From positions 16,182,001-16,246,000 of the forward strand of contig OX597814.1 in assembly GCA_951406725.2 (NCBI GenBank): a DNA stretch of 64,000 bases. The letters are read 5' to 3'. Under the pieces are notes generated by a model. That model worked only from the letters and a program-made list of their open reading frames with translations, was not told where the DNA came from and searched no databases. The stretch comes from Octopus vulgaris. Taxonomy: Eukaryota. Of the stretch, positions 52,973-64,000 are shown one piece after another. Made by a program: the position numbers and the translations under genes. Every line of letters begins with the position of its first letter. Position 1 is the stretch's first letter.

Positions 52973-53839
52973 GTGTGCTTGCGTATTCATGTGTATGCAT
53001 AAATATATATAATTATACTTATGAGAATATCGATTGATATATGTAGTGTCTACATATATTTATAGCATGTGCTTGTACACTTACACGTGAAAGCTTATGT
53101 GTGTATAAAACTACAGATTTTCGTGCGTATGTATTTATGTATGTATTTGTGTATGTATATGTGTTTGTATGTGTGTATGTGTGTTTGTGAATGCATGTCT
53201 GAGTGGGTGTTAAGTCTTATGACATAAGAACTAATGGTGTTTGGTTCATGACTATAAGAGCACGTATTCGATGTGCCTCTTACAACATGGTCCTGGTCTG
53301 TTGATTTGAAAAAGATTAGAAGCCTAATGCTGGAACAGAATTGCCTCATGACCGGCTAGCATACTCTAGACAATTCCACTGAAATGAGTGGTCGGATGGG
53401 GGAGTCTGCGCCTAACTCTACTTGTGACTACATAGGCATCGAAAACAGTTGGATTAAAGCATAGTACACGGTATCATATCATACTCGCCTCTGAGTGACA
53501 GTAATTCTTAGACGTTGTTCAAACCATACAAATACATGAGTGTTTGGGTGTGCGCGGGCGCCTGTTTATGTGTGTGTGTGTGTGTATGCGCGCGCTTGTG
53601 TGTGCCTGCGCTTGTGTGCGTACGTGATTGTATGTACATAAATACATATAAATATAATGGCACGCTCACATACGTACATACACTAGAGTTTTGTTTGCTT
53701 GAAGCATTGTGGCACATATAGAAAACCTAGCATGTTATTGAAGGAAACGGGAAAGTAGAGACAACATTTAATTTTAAAAAATAGAAATTGAACTGAATAT
53801 TAAAAAATGTGGTATTAGAAATAGTTGATTATTTGGTCT

Positions 53840-54258
53840 TTTGCTCTTTTACTCTTTTACTTGTTTCAGTCATTTAACTGGGGCCATGCTGGAGCACCGC
53901 CTTTAGTCAAGCAAAGCGGCCCCAAAACTTATTCTTTGTAAGCCTGGTACTTATTCTATCGGTCACTGAGGCCGAACCGCTAAGTTACGGGGACGTAAAC
54001 ACACCAGCATCGGTTGTCATGCGATGTTGGTGGGACAAACATATACATGCACAAACACACAAACATTTACATGCACGTACATATATACATATATACGACG
54101 GGCTTCTTTCAGTTTCCGTCTACCAAATCCACTCACAAGGATTTGGTCGGTCCGAGGCTATAGTAGAAGACACTTGCCCAAGGTGCCATCTAGTGGAACT
54201 GAACCCGGAACCATGTGGTTGGTAAAGAAGCTACTTACCACATAGCCACTCCTGCGCC
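53840..54258 (-). mobile_element. SINE family A, full length, well preserved
   Basis: Head GGCGCAGGAGTGGCTATGTGG, B box GGTTCAGTTCC, core CACCTTGGGCAAGTGTCTTC, tail. Confidence 0.92.
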
Positions 54259-54932
54259 TATATATAGGCGCAGGAGTGGCTGCGAGAATTCTTTGAAATC
54301 ATTTTCAGTCTTGTCACAGAGAACAGCTTTCTATATTAAGAGAGAAAATGCGAACATCTATATGTCAATTCTTCCTGCAGGAAATCGTAACCGAATCCCA
54401 CTCATCCCAAATTTTTACTACATTAATATGAACTACACGTGCATAATATAAACATAATCAAAGTACATTTGCATTTCTTTTATTCTTTTGCTTATTTCAG
54501 TCATTTGACTATGGCCATGTTGGATCACCGCCTTGAAATGCAATGGGTGACAATTTAAACTATCTTATATCACCTCATACTGACTATTTTTTGCGTATAC
54601 GAACAGAAATTCATGTTCATCATTCATGGACATTTTGGAAAAAAACTAGGTTCTGACTTCTCTGTAGTCTCTTTAATAGATTAACAAATTTTCTAGGTGG
54701 AAAATGAATTTCCTTTTTGTCATGTCCACTCATAGTCATGGTTGTTTGAAACGATTCGTTATGAAGATTGAGGAAACATGAATTCATTTGACTCAGATGT
54801 AAAGATTAATAGAATATTTCGTAGAATATTTAGAATGATATTTAAATACATGTTTATATAAACATAAATTAACACACTCATGTACATATGCAGGCAGGTC
54901 TGTCTGTCTGTCTATACATCCATCCGTCCATG

Positions 54933-55007
<75 letters not shown>

Positions 55008-55604
55008 TCTATCTATCTATCTATCTGTCTGTCTGCCTGTCTGCCTGTCTGTGTTTACACACAAACACGCACGCATATGAACAATGCATATATGATGGCT
55101 ATTATATATAAATATTTACATGTACTCGCACGTACACACACACATACACATACAAATATAATATGCCGTAACAGTTCTATACATACATACATGAAACTTG
55201 TACAGTAATTAATATCCTAGGGCATGCATCTTTATTGTATGAAGTATACAGCCAAAAAGGTTATGAATATGTTTTCTGGAATCTGAAAACTGATGTACAC
55301 GATCAAATCTTACATGTAATGCAACAAATATGTCATACAATGGGAATATAAGAACGAGGACAGCTAAATTTCTTGAAGTGACATTCTCACATTCTCCTAT
55401 ATATTAGTTTTTCTTTCTCTTTATACAATGAAAAGTAAATGAGTTTCTGGAAACATCTCATGTAATGTCAGCTCTACCCTTTAGTGAACTAATATTGTTG
55501 TATGGGTGCTTAAAGACAGTGGCATTTTTTTTTATATACATGTATGTATATAAATTATGCATACGTCTATATATATTTATATAGGCGTATATGTTTATAA
55601 CCAA

Positions 55605-55644
<40 letters not shown>

Positions 55645-55664
55645 GTATTTATGCATGATGTATG

Positions 55665-55717
<53 letters not shown>

Positions 55718-55885
55718 TGCACACATTTTTATAGGTGCGTATACATATATACATTTATATTGAAATTTGTGCATATACCTATATATATATAATATATACT
55801 AATATATATGCACACATATGTATAGATGCATATATATATATATGCACATTTATATTGAAATTTGTGCATATACCTATATTTTATA

Positions 55886-55917
<32 letters not shown>

Positions 55918-57279
55918 AACGTGTGTGTAAATGTATGTATGTATGCATGTATGTATTTGTAATGCATACATTCACGAATACACACAGGCACATATATAAG
56001 TATATTTAGTTTATATTTGTATTTCTCAAATGCAACAAGCGAGCACATTTTGTTCTCATAACTGTGTTAAGGTATTTATTCTGAACGAAAGACAATTTCC
56101 CTGCTGGAACTTATTGTAAAATAGAGATTATGGGAGGGAGAAGGGAAATAGAAAAAGCGAATATGGGTTTTGATAGACATTGCCAATCGCATACAACGCC
56201 ATTACGTTTTCTATTTCCGGTACATATGCAAGGAAATAACTTGGATGTCTTTTCCAATACTTCATTTCTTTCCTTCTTTTCTTCCCTCGCTGTGCCTCTC
56301 ATTCGCTGTTCGTTCAACTCTTTCTAGCTGTCTATATATTTCTATCTTATTCTTTCTCTCCTAAACATACCACCCACTGTATCACACCATTCATGCTAGC
56401 AAACATTCGCGTTTGTGCTATATACGCAGGCAACAGACAAGAACAAAAGCATATTCACATCCATTGAGAAATGAGAAGGTAGGGGTGGGGGAGAAATGTG
56501 CAAATAACAAATACAGATAGAAGAGAGAGATATGGAGAACAGCGTGAGAAGAAATCTGCAAAAGTAGAAAGGTAGAGAAAAGCGTGTCTACTTTCAAGCT
56601 CTTAATTATAGTGACAAGTTTATACATTCATAACACAAATAGAATACACATAACCAAACACAGATATACCCATTCATACACCCTTACACATCCCATCACG
56701 CAAATACACATACGCGATACTGTGTCGCTCCGCGATTTGACACGCATGCACATAACTCCGCAATTTATCAGCACAATGACACCCGTGTTTAGTCAAACAA
56801 GTTTACTTCAAAACACACGCATGCCAAGACACACGTAAGCGTACACGTGCGCTGTAAAACACCCATAAACGTATATAAACACACATGAACACTAAAACAC
56901 ATGCAGATATATTTAAACATTTAAACAAGTTTTCGCACACGTTTATAATCCCATATAAAGAAATGTAAAGCAGTAATAAAAAAAAAAGTAAAAATAAAAA
57001 TGAACATTGAAACGCATATTGTAAATACCTCATGTGCTAACAAAATAACATGCATATATGCACACAAAACCACTTATACATTGTGTTTTTCCCTCTTGTG
57101 AAGCATGCTGTTTGATTAGAAGCTTCTGGACAAAAGTGAGGAGAATGAATTAGAGAGGATAAAAGAAAGGAAAGGAATAACTGGAAAAACAGAAGAAGGA
57201 GAGAATAAGAATGTAAATGCAGGAGTGGAGCAACCGAAAGAATCGAAGAAATAATGATTGGAGAGAAAAAGATACAGAT

Positions 57280-58169
<890 letters not shown>

Positions 58170-59177
58170 GCGAGAGATACAGAGAGAGAAAGGGGAGAAA
58201 GTGAGAAAAAAGACAGAAATACTGAAAGAAACTGGCAAAGGTAAATAAAGAAAACGAGATAAATAGATAGAGATGAATGAGATAGAGAAATAGTGAGAGA
58301 GAAAGAGAGAGAGAGAGAGGAGAGAGAGAGAATGAGAGAGAGAGAGAGGGAGGGAGAGAGAGAGAAACGAGTGACAAACAGAGGAGGAGGAGAAAGAAGA
58401 TGAGAAAGCGGGTTTGAAAATAGAAGTCGTGTTGTTGCTCGTTACCATTTCAACCAATGTATACCGAGCTGGTCCGGAATTTCATTACTGCCCTGGGGAT
58501 ACTAATCACGGAGGGAAATAACAGCGGAAATGTGCCGATTAACAGTCACGTGGTATGGTTGCCAACAGTAAACAAGCTGATAAAAACATACCAAAAAAAC
58601 AAAAACAAAAAACAAAAAAAAAAAAGTAGAGAACATGGAAAGTACTAAAATATGAAAGAAAGGGATTGAAATGTAATAAGAGATCTCGCAAATGAAATAG
58701 AAAGACAGACAGAAGGAGAGAAAGATCTAGTCAGACGACGGGAAGAGAAAAGAGTGAGAGAAAGCGAGAAAGAAAGAAAGAAAGAGAGAGAGAGGGGGGA
58801 TGAGGAGTGGGTGAGATAAGAGTGAAGAAGAAAGGGAGTGTTATTCAATATTTAATCAGATAGGAGACTTGTGTAGCTTTGTCGGTATTCTGTGTGGAAT
58901 TGTCGTTGCTGTGTTCATTTTAGATAGTCTCGATGGCACTAAGTTTTTTTTTTGGTAAAGAGCGTACGGTGTTTGGAATGTGTTTATTGCAACGAAAATA
59001 AAATAAATTACAAACATATTCTAAAAAGCAATAACTAAATAAACAGTGACATGTATATATGTGTGTATATGGGTGTATGTGTACAAGTAAATAACCTATT
59101 GTTCACACTTAACTTCCTATTACATACATACGTGCATATATATATATATATATATATATGTATTCTACTCTCTTTGC

Positions 59178-59360
59178 TTTTTTATTTGTTTCAGACGTGT
59201 GACTGTAGCCATGCTGGAGCACCACATTTAGTCGAGCAAATCGACCCAAGGACTTATCTCTTTTGCCGAACCGCTAAGTTACGTGGACGTAAACACACCA
59301 GCATCGGTCGACAAGCGCTATTGGGGGAGAGGACAAACACAGACACACAAACATATACAC
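59178..59360 (-). mobile_element. SINE family A, 3' half
   Basis: Family tail motifs. Confidence 0.8.
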
Positions 59361-59481
59361 GCACATACATATATATAGTACATATATATATGATATATAT
59401 TTATATATATATATATACATATACGTATGAATGTGTGTATATATATATATATATATGCATGTATATATCTATACATATATT

Positions 59482-59533
<52 letters not shown>

Positions 59534-60126
59534 CAAGGCTGTTAGCGTAAGAAAAGAGAACTTCGATGGTTATAAACAAAGAAACTAGGTCCCAATTCTC
59601 ATATAATGTTAAACATAGGTAAAATGATAAAATGAACGTTAAATAGCAACCACAGATAACAACCAAAATGTATAGAAGTGTTTAGTTTGGTATCAAATGG
59701 AAAATCACAACGAACATTTCAAAATGCATAAGAAAATGAAGGTAGTAAATGACAAAGCATTTGGATATCTGATCTAAAAATTATTTCGTCTTGCTTTTCA
59801 CAAAATAATATTGACAATAACGATATGAGAAATCATTTCTTTTCGTTTTTAGATTTGGTTTGCAAGATTCTTTATGTGAGTCCGTGTGTTGAAGCATATT
59901 CTGTTTTGTCTGGGGAGAGTAATTTTCTTTTGGTGCCTTATAATGTAACACACTCACCGGTAAAATTGCCACTTATTTCTTATGTTTGTTTTCTTAAAAT
60001 TTTCGTTGCGTCTTGCAACCTTTTCAATAGTCTTGACAATCATTTCTTTATTTTGCCAAAATGCAATGGGGGAAGACAAATTGGTAAAACAAAGATGTTG
60101 TTTCAAAGAATATTACTCATCGTCAA

Positions 60127-60157
<31 letters not shown>

Positions 60158-60559
60158 GCCGTCATCGCCATCATCGTCATCACCATGATCCTCCTTCTCC
60201 TCATCATCATCATCATCACCATCATCATCATTTTAAGCCTGCTTTCCATATAATAATGGGTTAGACTGTTTGCAATATTCCAAATCAGTCGTCATGCTGC
60301 TTGTATACCTATTCAGTCGAACCAATTATACTGCATGATATGCTCTGCTTGAGATATTTGCTATGCTGTTTGTTCTTATTGTTATTGATGCTTTTGTTGT
60401 TGTTTTTTGTTGCTGCAGGCGACAAACCCACGACTACGATAACGATGATGATGATTATGTATCATTCTTCTTACTTTATTTACGCTACCGGTGCTAGCAT
60501 CAAATGTAGGTTAGAAAAACAGGCTTGTGTTCCCGCAGATGTGGTGCATAAGTCTCCAG

Positions 60560-60780
60560 TTCCGATATAATGCGAAATTTTATCACACGCTTAAAGCAAA
60601 ATTGGTCAGATATCCTTATCAGATCGACAAATGTTGTCGGCAAAGGACATTGTGGTTTGTCCCTGCAGTTCGCCTGAAGATAGATACTGTGATGATCCTG
60701 TCATACCTGTTCAGCACCATTACAAACCAATCACTCTGTGTTTGCTTTTGACTGCAGTATACTTGACCTCCAATATCCCA
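60560..60780 (-). mobile_element. Possible ancient RTE-type RT fragment
   Basis: Minus-strand YLQANCRDKPQCPLPTTFVDLIRISD resembles the RTE motif QLQEKCREQ..PLY.AFVDL.KAFD; little else is recognisable. Confidence 0.4.
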
Positions 60781-63700
60781 CGTATGTTGCAAAGAGGACC
60801 AGGTTCTTTGACGCGTTTGTGATCGTGATAATATATTTCAGTACTTTGTTACGATATATACCTTTCCTGAACTGCTATATGGTATCTCATTCTTCACTCA
60901 ACCTATTTAAATTAACTCTTGGATTTTGATTATCTAAGGGGCTCCTTACAATTCAATGTTATTTATGTAAACGATATTTGTAAGGAGGAATTTCAATTAT
61001 CTTTGTTGTTGCTCTTTGTAATGATATAATCAGGGGGTGCAAAGAGACAGTCCGAACTACGACTAACCTACTCCAGTATGCCTGTACAACCAGGAGATAT
61101 CTTCAGCGAAGCGGAGTAAAGTAGCATTCTTCAGAGTGCCGCTGTTACTATTCCTCTGTATTTACTTTTCATTGTTTGCAACCCACAACAATATGTGTGA
61201 CGAGTAGGAGTCTTTTGTTATCCAGTGACTTTTTGTTGCATGTCAAGCAACAGCAAAGATATTTCTTTGTTATCTCTTGTGAAATCTAATGATTTCGAAA
61301 GTTTTAAAATTTTCAGTATAGTACGATATTGATTTAAGTGTTATACATAGTATATGCATGTTGTTAAACATGTATTTTGCAAACGGGATACCCCAAATAT
61401 TTAGATTCGAAAAATAACGACGGGCACACATATGTAGCGAGACTTGTAAAAAACAGCATGACACAATGTTACTTTGTAATGCAGACTCAACATTAAAATA
61501 CAAATACAGACCAGTCAGACACAAATGAACAAGAAATTGTAAAAGAGCTGTTTGCTTCCCGACTAAAACTCTTTGGTAATATCACGGAATTGATTTACAA
61601 ATCCGCAAACGCAAAGCGTACAATAATCAAGCGTCTAAAAATCATTACAGAAAAAAATGCAGAAAAGCAATTGAATAATATTAGCTGCACAGAAAATTAT
61701 GTTAAAAGAAATACTAAAGTAGAGTAATATTTCACTGTTCATAATAGAACAGAACAGAACATACACACGCAATAGAGCATAACAGAATATAAAGGCACCA
61801 CAACATACTTTATATCCCAAAGAGATGAAGTAACAGTAAACAAGGAACAGACAACTGCAGATCTAACCTTACAAAGTGATAATGATAGAAACGAAACGTG
61901 TCATCGGAATTCAATAGATGCTGTGAGTTTAAAAAAATGCGATAAACGAAGCTAAATATAATTTTGAAGAGATAAAAATTATAGAAACCAAAGGCGAACC
62001 AAAAAGATTTCACGCAACTTAAAAAGAGTTCTAACTAAATAATTGCGAAGCAAATAAATGAAATAGATACAATAACCTCAAAAAATAATGATACGCATAT
62101 TGTGTGCAGTATCTAGCGCAGTGTGTTTCGAAATGAGATAGCTAGAAAAAAATAATAAAACAGTTCTTGTTTCGAAACAAAATTATTCAGCAAGAGATAA
62201 ATCGCAAAAGAAAACGTATAACTCGAATAATCGAGACTCAAAACTGGGAAAAAAAAAACTAATACAGTAAACACAGCAAAGTGACATAGAATATTTAACA
62301 CTCATGACGAAAGAAATCTTTAATAATAAAAAATATATTAATGATGAAAAATATTATTTCAACTTATAAGGTGAAAAATACAGATTTGGAAAGTAAATCA
62401 AACAATTCATTCAAATGAAATACTTAAATAAGGTATAAAGTTTTCCAAGAAATGATGTAACTAACGAATACAACTAGAGAATCCACTGAAAGCAAAGCTA
62501 GAAACCCTTTAACGCGATAATATGAGAAGTAGAAAAGCCTCATGTAATAGAACAAAATGTGTTAATCCCATTGCACAACGACTATAGAAAGATATCAATG
62601 TGCGAAACATCAGGTTTCTATCCCATGTACTAGACCCTCTGGCTGAGGCAAATAATTCTAGCATCAATATCCACAGGAACAGGTGAACCTGTAAAATGCT
62701 CATAAGTCAGATGTTTCTGCCACTTACATATTTTACATATCTGCCACTTACAGATGTTTCTGCCACTTCAATACCAGTTCTAATTCTGGTGATGTATCAA
62801 TAATTTAACAGAATAATCTACATAAAGAAAGAAATGTTTTTGTAATGGACTGAAATAAACTGTAAAGTGAAGCAACTGCTAAGCAGTTTTTTTTTTCATT
62901 TTATTCGTAGTATTATACTCAGAATATCGGTTTTCTTTGGGAAATTATCATGCATAATGCTTACATTTGGATATTCTACGAGAAAACTTGTATAATATCT
63001 GAAACTTTTTTGTTTCATAATGATATCCAGTGGATACCCTCTTAATTCTTACCACTAATGCAGGACTTTATTTCCTTATATTTCTTCCACTGAATGTAGA
63101 TAACCCTATTTGGCTGTTAATATATTCTGGCATATCCACTGGGTGACTTCAACTAGTCTCCCCAACGCTGCCATCCATGCAACCTTCAGCTGGGTATTCT
63201 AAAACAGTTTATAACTCTGGTAAATCTCATACAGAAAGCGAACGTAGGTACAGCTTAGAGAGCTTGGAAAGAAGGCATAGAGAGTTGAAATACTTTCGTG
63301 GATCTTTGAGTTAATGAGAGTGTATGAATTATAACAGTGACTGCGATTCGTAAAATGCAGCGTGGTAGTATGGAAAATAAATGTTATTCTAAAATACAAC
63401 GCGTTACAGTTTTGGCAAAGTTCATATCAAGGATATTTGTTTACATTTTATCTGTCTGGTCTGGTTTTTACCACCATTAAATTTGGCTCTAAACTGTTGA
63501 AAAGGGGGCAACAGATAATTGGAGGAGTATATGATATTAAGTTATGCGTGAAGCCTAGAAAATCAGCAAATTATTGTGAAGAACACATGAGATGCAATGA
63601 TATCTGGAAATCAACAAATGTGAATACTACCGAATGCAGTCAAATGGAATATACAAAAGATATGAAAATTTGGCGTACGACAAAGTATCTTTCTGGCAAT

Positions 63701-64000
63701 ATTTCGACTTCATCACTCGAAAGCCGACAACATCAAATGTACTTTTTAAAGGATAATGGAGGAACATGTGATTTTGTGAAACTTGAGATGACTTAGAAAC
63801 TGTGATTATTGTCGATGTAAATAGAGCAGGATGCACAACAATCTTAAGTAGTTAAATATGACGAAAAGGAAATGGTTTCAAACAAAGTAGTACAGAATTA
63901 TTTAGCAGAAAGAGGAACTACACCCACACGGAATCCTCAAGGACTGGAAACACGCTTAGAACTAAACGCGTATAATTAAAAGAAAGGACAGATACAACAC

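Noticed and set aside
63362-63796. 144-aa ORF as a gene
   Set aside because: Non-ATG start, no recognisable domain and no splice support.

Overview
AT-rich, microsatellite-saturated, non-coding eukaryotic DNA. The repeat families point to an octopus (cephalopod) intron or intergenic region; this is inferred from repeat style, not from a marker gene. No intact host gene is supported. Nearly all ORFs in the track are translations of (TA)n, (CA)n, (GATA)n, (TAA)n or (GAT)n. The informative content is a transposon fossil record: three tRNA-derived SINE families (A, B and C here; several copies with clean TSDs), CR1/Jockey-like LINE fragments whose 3' stem-loop tail is shared with SINE-A, R4/Dong-type RLE retroelement pieces nested in (TAA)n and split by an inversion, an RTE/BovB-like 3' end, a full-length but dead Tc1 element with DD36E spacing, two non-autonomous Helitrons, and a set of Penelope-like (PLE) fold-back elements, some with type I hammerhead ribozyme motifs. 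The best lead is the hammerhead/fold-back group, above all a 618-bp mini-PLE with an 11-bp TSD and a fold-back with a ribozyme motif in each arm. There is a 100-N gap at 52353-52452. All family assignments are by eye from motifs and manual translation; no database search was run.
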